Assembly: GCA_016217965.1 (NCBI GenBank)
Contig: JACRFI010000015.1
Coordinates: 16,366-80,365 of the forward strand
Length of the DNA stretch: 64,000 nucleotides
Direction of reading: 5' to 3'
DNA from: Candidatus Kaiserbacteria bacterium
Lineage (GTDB): Bacteria > Patescibacteriota > Minisyncoccia > Phycocordibacterales > UBA2100
Part shown: one piece after another, positions 1 to 8,850 of the stretch
Numbering within the stretch: the first letter of the stretch is position 1
Layout of the letters: every line of letters begins with the position of its first letter
Made by a program: the position numbers and the translations under genes
Notes under the pieces: model-generated
What the model was told of the DNA's origin: nothing
The model's database searches: none
Seen by the model: the letters and a program-made list of their open reading frames with translations, nothing else

Positions 1-744
1 TTCAGGCTATCGCGTTCGAAAATAGGATTATTTTTGGACTGCCCTCGCTGTTTCTACATCGATAACAAGCTCGGCACTGCGCGCCCGCCTGGATTTCCCT
101 TTAACCTCAATAGCGCAGTTGATGCACTCCTCAAAAAGGAGTTCGACATCCATCGCAGTGGAAAGACAACGCACCCTTTGATGAAAGAATATGGCGTTGA
201 TGCGGTTCCGTTCGACGATCCGCGCATGGATGAGTGGCGTGATTCTTTGAAACGGGGAATTTGCCACAAGCATTCGACCGGATTTATGGTCTGTGGAGGC
301 GTGGACGATGTGTGGGAAAATCCGAAAGGCGAATTGATCATCGTGGACTACAAAGCGACGAGCAAAGACGAGACCATTACAGTATTAGACCAAGAGTGGC
401 ACGATGGCTACAAACGGCAGATGGAAATATACCAATGGCTGTTCCGCCAGAATGGGTTCAAGGTGTCGGATACTGGTTACTTTGTGTACGCGAATGCAGA
501 CAAAGATAAAAAAGCGTTTGACGGGCAACTTGAATTTGAAGTGACATTGGTGCCCTATACGGGGAATGATTCGTGGATTGAAGGCACACTGAAGGAGATC
601 AAGCGGTGTCTTGATAGCGGCGAGTTGCCTGGCGCTGCAGACGACTGTGACTATTGCCGGTATCGGGAAGCTGTCGGAAAGAAAATGCTTGCATTCGCAC
701 CGAAAAAAACGGGAGCAAAGGCGCAAGGATCTCTCGGCTTGTAG
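1..744 (+). CDS. PD-(D/E)XK nuclease, Cas4/RecB-like; 5'-truncated by the window
   Basis: Frame is open from base 1 (FRLSRSKIGLFLDCPRC). It has the GGVDD...IVDYK nuclease motif, QMEIY, and a C-terminal CDYC, consistent with a split 4-Cys metal site. Confidence 0.8.
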   Translation, partial: FRLSRSKIGLFLDCPRCFYIDNKLGTARPPGFPFNLNSAVDALLKKEFDIHRSGKTTHPLMKEYGVDAVPFDDPRMDEWRDSLKRGICHKHSTGFMVCGGVDDVWENPKGELIIVDYKATSKDETITVLDQEWHDGYKRQMEIYQWLFRQNGFKVSDTGYFVYANADKDKKAFDGQLEFEVTLVPYTGNDSWIEGTLKEIKRCLDSGELPGAADDCDYCRYREAVGKKMLAFAPKKTGAKAQGSLGL

Positions 745-747
745 CCG

Positions 748-852
748 AATAACCAAATTCCAAGAGACAATAACCAAACAAGTTTCAATAACCAACTTTG
801 AAGTTTGTGATTTGAATATTGTCTGGAGCTTGTGTCTTGGTTATTGGTTATT
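748..852. repeat. Heptamer-periodic imperfect inverted repeat (AATAACC family)
   Basis: Left arm AATAACCAAATTCCAAGAGACAATAACCAAACAA pairs imperfectly with right arm TTGTCTGGAGCTTGTGTCTTGGTTATTGGTTATT. A related copy lies at 29754-29836. Confidence 0.7.
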
Positions 853-880
853 ATTACTGTCATTATGTTACACTCGAATG

Positions 881-1138
881 ATGAAATCATTTCGCGATAA
901 GGTTCTCGCTATTGTCAAACGCATCCCCAAAGGCGGTTCAATGACGTACAAACAGGTCGCGACGAAGGCGGGGAATCCTAGAGCGGCTAGAGCAGTAGGC
1001 GCAATCATGCGTACGAATTACGACCCGTCGATACCGTGCCACCGCGTTGTTCGAACCGATGGGCAGATTGGGAATTACAATCGCGGAGGAACCGCGCGAA
1101 AAATTGAACTTCTGCGTGACGAAGGTGCAATACGGTGA
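881..1138 (+). CDS. Methylated-DNA--protein-cysteine methyltransferase (short MGMT/Ogt family)
   Basis: IPKGGSMTYKQVA...PRAARAVG and the active-site PCHRV motif. TGtTACACT -10 box lies 6 nt before ATG 881 (alternative start 878). Confidence 0.88.
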   Translation: MKSFRDKVLAIVKRIPKGGSMTYKQVATKAGNPRAARAVGAIMRTNYDPSIPCHRVVRTDGQIGNYNRGGTARKIELLRDEGAIR

Positions 1139-1145
1139 ACATGGC

Positions 1146-1263
1146 GAAACTCTTTCTCGACAGACATTTTGTCAACCACGAAAAATTTCTGCTAAAATTT
1201 TTTTCTGTCCGTCGCCGCCGCTCCTCCCAAGGGTTTCCTGAACGCCTGCCTTCGACGAGTTTC
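1146..1263. repeat. Palindromic intergenic element; divergent member of the 7462/37404 family
   Basis: GAAACTC-TTTCTCGACA ... GCCTTCGAC-GAGTTTC frame matches the 37404-37525 copy, but the interior differs. Confidence 0.55.
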
Positions 1264-1268
1264 TTCCT

Positions 1269-2315
1269 ATGAGACGTACGACGCTTCCCGGAACGGACGT
1301 GAATATCTCTACACTTTGCCTAGGCACGATGAATTTTGGGCAGCAATGCACCGAGGCTGACGGACATGAGCAGTTGGATTTTGCTGTCGCAAACGGCATC
1401 AATTTTTTTGATACGGCGGAGATGTATCCAGTGCCGCCCGAAAAAGAAAAGCAAGGGCAGACGGAAACGTATATTGGGAACTGGTTAAAAAAGCGAGGCA
1501 AACGTGATGATCTCGTTATTGCAACTAAAGTGTCGAGCCGAAACCAAGCAACAACGATGGGTACGCGAGATGCGACCAAAGGACTCACTCGTGAATCAAT
1601 CTTTGAAGCCATCGAAGGAAGCCTGGGCCGGTTGCAAACTGAGTACGTAGATCTGTACCAGGTTCATACCCCAGAGAGGCACACGAATTTCTTTGGGCGG
1701 CGCGGTGTTGAATCGCTCGACAGTGATGATGGCGTACCCATTGAAGAAACACTTTCGGCTCTTGGAGAGTTGGTGAAAGCGGGCAAAGTTCGATATGTGG
1801 GGGTGTCGAACGAAACGCCCTGGGGCGTCATGGAATATCTACGCCTTTCTCGCGAGGAAGGCCTGCCCCGCATTGTGACGATACAGAACCAGTACGGTAT
1901 CTTGAGCCGCGGATTTGAAGTGGGGCTTTCTGAAATGTGCATGCGCGAGAACGTGGGATTGTTACCGTATTCAATACTGAACAGGGGAGTGATATCAGGG
2001 AAATATCTAGGAGGAGCGCAGCCGCCGGGTGCTCGGTTCACGCGCTGGGAGAGGGACCGAGAAAGATATAATCCTTCGCGTGTGCAAGAGCCGGTGCGCA
2101 GATACATTGAGCTCGCACAGAAATTTGGCATGGATCCCACACAAATGGCTATCGCGTTCGTTTCGTCACGCCCATTCGCTCCGTCCACAATCATTGCTGT
2201 GACAAATATGGAGCAACTAAAATCTAACATCGCCGCCGATGATATTCAACTCTCCGCTGAAATTCTCGCGGAGATACACAAACTCTACACAGAAATGCCT
2301 GATCCTACGTGTTAA
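1269..2315 (+). CDS. Aldo/keto reductase (Tas-like)
   Basis: LCLGTMNFGQQ, INFFDTAEMYPVP, SLGRLQTEYVDLYQVH and GVSNETPWG motifs. Confidence 0.92.
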   Translation: MRRTTLPGTDVNISTLCLGTMNFGQQCTEADGHEQLDFAVANGINFFDTAEMYPVPPEKEKQGQTETYIGNWLKKRGKRDDLVIATKVSSRNQATTMGTRDATKGLTRESIFEAIEGSLGRLQTEYVDLYQVHTPERHTNFFGRRGVESLDSDDGVPIEETLSALGELVKAGKVRYVGVSNETPWGVMEYLRLSREEGLPRIVTIQNQYGILSRGFEVGLSEMCMRENVGLLPYSILNRGVISGKYLGGAQPPGARFTRWERDRERYNPSRVQEPVRRYIELAQKFGMDPTQMAIAFVSSRPFAPSTIIAVTNMEQLKSNIAADDIQLSAEILAEIHKLYTEMPDPTC

Positions 2316-2320
2316 CAATT

Positions 2321-2632
2321 ATGGTGAAAGAAGGATTTGAACAAGCGACCTTTGAAACAGCACAGCTCGCGTTTATGAAATCTTTTGAGTTGCTTGAGGA
2401 AATGCATTCGGAAAAAAGGCCATTTTCCGGGCCAGAAACGACGAAGCAAGGCGTAATTGAATTACACCTTCCAACATTGAAAGCGTGCTGGAATGCTCTT
2501 GTTCTAATGCGAATGCTGGCAAAAAACGACGCACAAAGAGGTGACGCTGAAAGGCATCACAAGATTTTTTGGCATTTTATGGATGAAAAGAAAATTTCCG
2601 GGCATTTGGTCGTCAATCCGCTGAAAGAGTAG
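2321..2632 (+). CDS. Hypothetical protein
   Basis: Fills the gap between two co-oriented genes exactly; no recognisable motif. Confidence 0.55.
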   Translation: MVKEGFEQATFETAQLAFMKSFELLEEMHSEKRPFSGPETTKQGVIELHLPTLKACWNALVLMRMLAKNDAQRGDAERHHKIFWHFMDEKKISGHLVVNPLKE

Positions 2633-2635
2633 CCT

Positions 2636-3226
2636 ATGTCGAAATACGACGAGATGAAAAAAATACGTGATGAGGTCATTGCGCTTGAGGAAGGCGAGCT
2701 GTCAAAATTCCGCAAAGAAAATAACTATCATGCAGTGTTAGGAGAGGGAAGCCACGACTCCAAAATAATGTTCATTGGAGAGGCCCCGGGGAAAAATGAA
2801 GCAATGACGGGCCGCCCTTTTTGTGGCGCAGCTGGGCGAATACTTGACGAGCTGTTAGCATCGGTGGAGATACCGCGGACCGAGGTGTATATAACAAACA
2901 TCGTGAAGGACCGACCTCCGGAAAATAGAGATCCGCTTCCAAGCGAGATAGAACTCTATGCACCATTTCTCGATCGGCAGATTGACGCGATTGAGCCGAA
3001 AGTCATTGCAACCCTCGGCCGTTTCTCGATGGAATACATCATGCGAAAAATGGGCCTTTCATTTGAGCTAGAACCGATTTCACGCGCGCATGGAAAAGTG
3101 TACGATGGAAAAGCAGGATTCGGCCCTGTCAAAGTTGTGCCGCTCTACCACCCAGCCGCAGCGATTTATAACCAATCGCTCAAAGATACACTCAAGAAAG
3201 ATTTTCAGACATTAAGAAACTTGTAA
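2636..3226 (+). CDS. Uracil-DNA glycosylase, family 4
   Basis: IMFIGEAPGKNE..GRPFCG, YITNIVKDRPPENRDP and LYHPAA motifs. Confidence 0.92.
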   Translation: MSKYDEMKKIRDEVIALEEGELSKFRKENNYHAVLGEGSHDSKIMFIGEAPGKNEAMTGRPFCGAAGRILDELLASVEIPRTEVYITNIVKDRPPENRDPLPSEIELYAPFLDRQIDAIEPKVIATLGRFSMEYIMRKMGLSFELEPISRAHGKVYDGKAGFGPVKVVPLYHPAAAIYNQSLKDTLKKDFQTLRNL

Positions 3227-3233
3227 TCACACC

Positions 3234-3974
3234 ATGACCGAAAAGTTGAGACACGGCCCATTCCCGATACCCGATCAGGAGGAAGGATTTGCAGAGACTC
3301 CGGTGGGCAAAATGCAGTTTGAAGAGATTGTCGGAATGGACGAGCCTGCTGTAGATATGCGCTTGAGGCTCCACATGAAAGGAGAATCAATTTTCAAGGA
3401 CCGATCATTTATGAGCCACAATGACACTCGACGATTAGAGATAAAACGCATATTCTTGGCTGCCTTGGAAGGCTATGGCCCTGCCAATCCGGTTTTTTTA
3501 AATTGGTACGGGCGTATCAGGAAATCCAGGCATGCCGAATCCGGAGATGAACTTGAAAATGTTGCTAACTCACTCGCGGTCCTGGTAAGCCAACGAGCAT
3601 CAGATGCCTACAAGAAACGTGTCGTAGTGGTGAGGAAGGAAATCATTCCAGAAATGCAGCTTAGCCATCTCGACGGCGAAAGCAGTCGCACGTTGAATGA
3701 AATCAACGCGAAATTGCAGATGTTAAGAATGTCCCCATTGTCAGCTCGCGATATATTCAGAAGAACTCGCGTCAGAGGCCGATTCGATTCAGACGAATGG
3801 AACACCGCTCGAATGCTACACATGCTGCAATTATCTCTTACGCTATCTGTGGGTGAAGTCGCCGAACGCCTTCATACTACGAAAGGCATGGTTCATCTGG
3901 TGCGCAGGCGGTATTTTCGCCAGGAAATCGTAGACATGATTCATCGGCTTACCGGCCGCAAGGCATCTAAGTGA
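3234..3974 (+). CDS. Hypothetical protein, possible C-terminal helix-turn-helix
   Basis: 246-aa ORF 7 nt after the UDG gene; LSVGEVAERLHTTKGMVHLVRRR is HTH-like. Confidence 0.55.
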   Translation: MTEKLRHGPFPIPDQEEGFAETPVGKMQFEEIVGMDEPAVDMRLRLHMKGESIFKDRSFMSHNDTRRLEIKRIFLAALEGYGPANPVFLNWYGRIRKSRHAESGDELENVANSLAVLVSQRASDAYKKRVVVVRKEIIPEMQLSHLDGESSRTLNEINAKLQMLRMSPLSARDIFRRTRVRGRFDSDEWNTARMLHMLQLSLTLSVGEVAERLHTTKGMVHLVRRRYFRQEIVDMIHRLTGRKASK

Positions 3975-3984
3975 TCGTGGGAAT

Positions 3985-5259
3985 TTACCGGGATTTGAGT
4001 AGTCGCGACAATTTCTCGGAATCCTTTCGCGGGCCGATGATGGCGAGGTTTAGTGCATCGGTCCGGAATATATCTTTTGCGACACGCTGCACGTCAGCCG
4101 CTGATACGCTATCGATTCCTTTTATCATTTCATCGAGGGCTCGGATTCGGCCTAAGTTTATAAGAGATGTTGCCGCGTGTTCTGCCACAGCATCACTTGT
4201 TTCCAGGCGAAGTGCGGCAGTACCTTTCATATACTGCTTTGCTTTCTTTAATTCTGCATCGGATACCTTCACTCGCTTAATCTTCCGCAATTCGTTCAGA
4301 ATAGTCGTGATAGTCTTTTCCAATTTGGCGTGTTCAACGCCAGCTTGCACGGCAAAGTAACCGGTATCGGGGTAGCGCTCTGCCCATGCATGGACGGAAT
4401 AGGCGAGCCCTCGTTTCTCTCGCACTTCCATAAAAAGCCGGCTAGACATGCCTTCTCCCAGAATGGTAGTGAGGACCAGAAGTGCGTACTCATCCTGATG
4501 CAGGTAGGGATATGCAGGTACGCCGAGAATAAAATGCGTCTGGTCGGTCTTCTTTTCCTTGATTGCGACGCGTGGTGTGTCCTGCTCAGGTGTGAATGGG
4601 ATGAAATTTGGGGGATTGCCGTGTTTTAATTGTCCGAATTCTCGGGTTATCTTTGCGAGCACCTTTTCTTCCGAGAAATTACCCGCGACGCACACCACGG
4701 TGTTCACCGGAGTGTAATTTCTCTTGAAGTATGCAGCGAAATCTTTGCGGGAGAATGCCCGGATATTTTCTTTCGGCCCGAGGATAGTGCGCCCTAAGGG
4801 GTGACCAGTGCCGTATATGAGCGCATCAAAGACGTTATCAACGGTGCGCATCGGCATGTCTTCGTACATGTCGATCTCTTGGATGACCGCCCCGCGCTCT
4901 TTTGTAATTTCTTTTGTTGGCAGCGTTGAATTGAGAAATATGTCACTGATGACATCGAGTGCAGTGTCGAGGTATCGAGAAGAGACTTTCGCATAATATG
5001 CTGTGCGCTCCTTTGCCGTGAATGCGTTGTACACGCTACCCGTTGCATCCAATTCTTCACTGATGGCGCGAGCGCTGGGGCGCTTTTTTGTGCCCTTGAA
5101 GAACATATGCTCGAGGAAGTGGGCGAGACCGTTCTCCTTGTCATTTTCATACCGCGACCCTGTGCCGGTCATCGCGATTACGGTTGCAGTCTCGGTCCCA
5201 GGCATTGGTGCAAGCACAATCCGTAAGCCGTTCTTCAGGGTGCGGATGTTGTATTTCAT
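3985..5259 (-). CDS. M16 (insulinase/pitrilysin family) zinc peptidase
   Basis: GLAHFLEHMFFKGT (HxxEH), NAFT and SSRLFMEVREKRGLAY. Start MKYNIRTLKNGL follows a TACTAT -10 box. Confidence 0.93.
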   Translation of the reverse strand: MKYNIRTLKNGLRIVLAPMPGTETATVIAMTGTGSRYENDKENGLAHFLEHMFFKGTKKRPSARAISEELDATGSVYNAFTAKERTAYYAKVSSRYLDTALDVISDIFLNSTLPTKEITKERGAVIQEIDMYEDMPMRTVDNVFDALIYGTGHPLGRTILGPKENIRAFSRKDFAAYFKRNYTPVNTVVCVAGNFSEEKVLAKITREFGQLKHGNPPNFIPFTPEQDTPRVAIKEKKTDQTHFILGVPAYPYLHQDEYALLVLTTILGEGMSSRLFMEVREKRGLAYSVHAWAERYPDTGYFAVQAGVEHAKLEKTITTILNELRKIKRVKVSDAELKKAKQYMKGTAALRLETSDAVAEHAATSLINLGRIRALDEMIKGIDSVSAADVQRVAKDIFRTDALNLAIIGPRKDSEKLSRLLKSR

Positions 5260-5318
5260 TGCGGCATAGTAGTCTCCTCTCGTTGCATAGTCAAAAAGGT
5301 GATAGCCTGGAGGTAGCA

Positions 5319-5474
5319 ATGACAAGTGCGGTCTTGTGGATCGCGGTCGAACCTTCCGCTATCTTTTGGACGGCTCTGTTCGTGCTTGGCACGGGCTCCG
5401 CTATCTGGAAGTGGTGGAAGGATCGGCAAAAACGGTCGCAAGACCGGACGGTCCACCATCCCTCGAGCCAATGA
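5319..5474 (+). CDS. Small single-TM membrane protein (51 aa)
   Basis: GGAGGT Shine-Dalgarno before the ATG; hydrophobic segment AIFWTALFVLGTGSAIW followed by a basic tail. Confidence 0.5.
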   Translation: MTSAVLWIAVEPSAIFWTALFVLGTGSAIWKWWKDRQKRSQDRTVHHPSSQ

Positions 5475-5543
5475 GCGTTATGCTGTTGGGACGAGGGATG
5501 AGCTATTTGCAGACTGTACGGAGAGACGCTATTCTTCAAATCC

Positions 5544-7457
5544 ATGACCCTTAACGAGATCCGCTCGAAATATCTCGCTTTTTTTAAGGCCCAGGGCCAC
5601 ACAATTATTCCCTCAGCTCCTGTCGTTCCTGAGAACGATCCGACGACACTATTTACCGGCAGCGGCATGCAGCCATTGGTGCCGTATCTGCTAGGGAAAG
5701 ATCATCCGTCCGGAAAGCGGCTTGTGAATTCCCAAAAAAGTTTCCGCGCGATGGATATCGAAGAAGTGGGAGACAACAGGCATACGACATTTTTTGAAAT
5801 GCTCGGGAATTGGTCTTTGGGTGATTATTTCAAGAGAGAGCAATTACCGTGGTTCTTCGAATTTCTCACAAAGGTGGTAGGGCTCGATCCTGCAAGATTG
5901 TATGTGACCGTCTTTCTCGGTGATGAGAAAAATAACGTGCCGCGCGATACAGACTCTGCTGAAATATGGAAAAACATATTCTCCAGCGTCGGCATAGATG
6001 CAAAAGACGTATTAATTGGCTCAGAAGAGGAGGGATACAAGAAGGGAATGCAAGGCGGGCGCATCTTTTTCTACGATGCGAAGAAAAATTGGTGGAGCCG
6101 TGCCGGAGTTCCGGAAAATATGCCGGCAGGGGAGCCGGGTGGACCTGATTCTGAGGTGTTTTACGACTTCGGGACGCCTCACGATGAGAAGTTCGGAAAC
6201 AACTGCCACCCAAATTGCGATTGCGGCAGATTCCTCGAGATAGGAAATTCTGTCTTCATGCAGTACATAAAGAAGGATGACGGCTCCTTCGGGCTCTTAC
6301 CAAAACAAAATGTTGATTTTGGAGGCGGACTTGAGCGCATCTCGGCTGCATCAATAGGGAACTCGGACGTTTTCAGAACGGATGTATTCGAGGAGGCAAT
6401 ACTGCTTCTTGAAAAATTCTCAGAAAAAACGTATGGCGATGCGAAATTCACGCGTTCATTCAGGATAATTCTGGACCACATTCGGGCAGCAACGTTTATG
6501 ATCGCGGACGGAGTGCGGCCGTCGAACACCGAGAGAGGGTATGTACTTCGCCGGCTTATTCGGCGCGCCGTACAGCATGCGAACAAGCTGGGGGTGGCGG
6601 AAGATCCGACGGACGATACGATACTAGTACGGTGTGCGACGCTTTTTACGGAAGAATACGGAGATGCCTATCCGGAGTTGAACGACGAGGTGGTGTGGAG
6701 TGCCATCAAAGAAGAGATAGCAAAAGAAGAAAAACAATTCCAACAAACACTCCAGAAAGGCCTTCGTGAATTTGAGAAAATGATCTCCGGAGATATCACG
6801 GGAGAGCAGGCCTATCTTCTTTTTACATCGTATGGGTTTCCATTCGAAATGACGATGGAACTCGCGAAAGAAAGGAACGTCTCGATTGATGAAGCCGGTT
6901 TCAGGGAGTACATGAAAAGACATCAGGAGCTTTCTCGCGCAGGCGCCGAGCAGAAATTCAAAGGCGGGTTAGCGGATCATTCGGAAAAAACGACGCGGCT
7001 TCATACCGCGCACCACCTTCTTCTCAAAGCATTGCAACTTGTTCTAGGCGTCCATGTAAAGCAGCGTGGTTCGAACATAACACAAGAGCGATTGCGCATA
7101 GATTTCTCGCATGGAGAGAAGATGACCAAGGAGCAGATTGCAGAAGTGGAGAGGATAGTTAACAAGAAAATACACGAAGAGCTTCCAGTGACTCGCAGCA
7201 TACTCCCCAAAGAAAAAGCGGAAAGCTTGGGTGCGGAGCATGAGTTCGGCGCGAAATATCCTGACATGGTCTCGGTATATTCCGTCGGTCCCGCCGACGC
7301 TTCTGAATCGGATCCGCAATTTGATAAAGCGTTTTCGATAGAATTTTGTGGTGGACCACATGTTGAGAACACGAGCGAACTCGCGGGGACATTCAAGATA
7401 CAGAAGGAAGAAGCTGTCGCCTCCGGCATCCGCCGCATCAAAGCTATCCTTCAGTAG
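5544..7457 (+). CDS. alaS: Alanine--tRNA ligase, compact form without the C-Ala domain
   Basis: DPTTLFTGSGMQP, RHTTFFEMLGNWSLGDYFK, DFGGGLER, GYVLRRLIRRA, editing motifs HTAHH and EFCGGPH. Confidence 0.96.
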   Translation: MTLNEIRSKYLAFFKAQGHTIIPSAPVVPENDPTTLFTGSGMQPLVPYLLGKDHPSGKRLVNSQKSFRAMDIEEVGDNRHTTFFEMLGNWSLGDYFKREQLPWFFEFLTKVVGLDPARLYVTVFLGDEKNNVPRDTDSAEIWKNIFSSVGIDAKDVLIGSEEEGYKKGMQGGRIFFYDAKKNWWSRAGVPENMPAGEPGGPDSEVFYDFGTPHDEKFGNNCHPNCDCGRFLEIGNSVFMQYIKKDDGSFGLLPKQNVDFGGGLERISAASIGNSDVFRTDVFEEAILLLEKFSEKTYGDAKFTRSFRIILDHIRAATFMIADGVRPSNTERGYVLRRLIRRAVQHANKLGVAEDPTDDTILVRCATLFTEEYGDAYPELNDEVVWSAIKEEIAKEEKQFQQTLQKGLREFEKMISGDITGEQAYLLFTSYGFPFEMTMELAKERNVSIDEAGFREYMKRHQELSRAGAEQKFKGGLADHSEKTTRLHTAHHLLLKALQLVLGVHVKQRGSNITQERLRIDFSHGEKMTKEQIAEVERIVNKKIHEELPVTRSILPKEKAESLGAEHEFGAKYPDMVSVYSVGPADASESDPQFDKAFSIEFCGGPHVENTSELAGTFKIQKEEAVASGIRRIKAILQ

Positions 7458-7461
7458 CCAC

Positions 7462-7593
7462 GAATTCGCGAGCCGCGAAGGCTTAAGTATTTTGCCGTCT
7501 TCGCAGGCCTGACGAGGCCGAGACCGAGCGCTGGCGCAGCAGCGCCAGATAGCGACGGCAAAATACTTATGCCGAGAAAAGGCTTGCGAATTT
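7462..7593. repeat. Structured palindromic element (86-bp core 7484-7569 with 16-bp terminal inverted repeat)
   Basis: TAAGTATTTTGCCGTC...GACGGCAAAATACTTA. An inverted copy at 37422-37507 differs at 5 of 86 positions. Confidence 0.9.
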
Positions 7594-7612
7594 ATGCGCT
7601 ATACTACCCACA

Positions 7613-8785
7613 ATGCTGTCGTTCTTTGGGCGAAGCACAAAAGGGAAGCCAGTGGTTATAGCAGATGTCGAGGGCAGCTCGGCAGCTGTTGCTGTTGCGC
7701 TTCTACACGGCGACAAACAGGTGGAGATACTGGTGAGTGAACGGCAGGCAATTCCTAATTCTGGCTCCGACCCTTCTACGGTTTCGGCCTCTATCCCAAC
7801 AGTACTGAAAGAAGTATCCGAGCGGGTCCTTAAAAAATACACTGAGCAAGATGGGATAAAAAAATACGGCGCTCCCAAAGCGGTGCACGCAACACTTGGT
7901 TCTCCATGGGCGCACGCAAGGACGGCGCGGGCAGAAACGTCTTTTCCGGAGGCGCGAAGTATCAGCAAGCAGGCCATCCAAGCCTTGGCTCAAGAAGCGA
8001 TAAAACAGCCCTCCGACCTGCAACAACCGATCCTTGAAACGAACGTCATGCGCGTGCACATCAATGGCTACCCAACAGCAAAACCAGTGGGAAAAAAAGG
8101 AAAAGAACTTGCTGCCACTATTTTCCAAAGCGACGCGGCACAGCAGCCAAAGCAAGCAATTGAATCCGCACTGTCTGCGCAATTTCCGGGAAGGGCCATA
8201 GATGTCCGATCTGGGGTGCGCGCGCTCATGAGTGTCATCAACGAGCGTGCGCACGAGCATAATTATTTTGTTTTGCTCGTTGGGAGTGAATCGACTGAGT
8301 GCATTGCTATCCGGAAGGAGGCAATCGCAGAACATGCGACAGTGCCAGAAGGAATGAATACCATTATCAGGCGCATAGCAGGAGAGAAAGGCCTGCCGGA
8401 AGAAAAGACAACTCTTCTTCGCATGCTGGCCTCTGACACGTGCTCTGCAGAAGAGTGCGAAGTCTTAAAGCAAGGGTTGGCTAAAGCGGAGCCCGACCTC
8501 ACAAAACTCTTCGGGGACGTGTTCGGAAAACTTGCTGCGTTGCGCCGCTTGCCTAACACATGCATTCTTTTTGCACACGCAGACCTCTCGCCGTGGCTTG
8601 AACATTTTTTTAACCGCCTTGATTTTTCTCAATTCACAGTAACGACGCAGCCTTTTGTCGTGCAACCCGTTACCCAGGAACATATGCAAAGTTTCGTTTC
8701 GTGGCAGGCCGGCGTGCGGCAGGATACGGGAATAGGCATCGCTGCGGCATTCGCAAGCCTTGGTATGAAAGGTGATGATTCGTGA
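7613..8785 (+). CDS. FtsA/PilM-like actin-fold protein (degenerate)
   Basis: VIADVEGSS and LLVGSESTE resemble the phosphate-1/2 motifs; VHINGYPT..P.GKKG segment. Confidence 0.6.
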   Translation: MLSFFGRSTKGKPVVIADVEGSSAAVAVALLHGDKQVEILVSERQAIPNSGSDPSTVSASIPTVLKEVSERVLKKYTEQDGIKKYGAPKAVHATLGSPWAHARTARAETSFPEARSISKQAIQALAQEAIKQPSDLQQPILETNVMRVHINGYPTAKPVGKKGKELAATIFQSDAAQQPKQAIESALSAQFPGRAIDVRSGVRALMSVINERAHEHNYFVLLVGSESTECIAIRKEAIAEHATVPEGMNTIIRRIAGEKGLPEEKTTLLRMLASDTCSAEECEVLKQGLAKAEPDLTKLFGDVFGKLAALRRLPNTCILFAHADLSPWLEHFFNRLDFSQFTVTTQPFVVQPVTQEHMQSFVSWQAGVRQDTGIGIAAAFASLGMKGDDS

Positions 8786-8850
8786 TATCAGGACCTGTGG
8801 AATAGTTGCCTGGTATTGCCGTTCATGGTGTATACTTGGCTGAAGTTCTC

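Noticed and set aside
1-870. CRISPR-Cas locus suggested by the Cas4-like gene and the repeat after it
   Set aside because: There is no repeat-spacer array and no other cas gene; the repeat is a heptamer-periodic palindrome.
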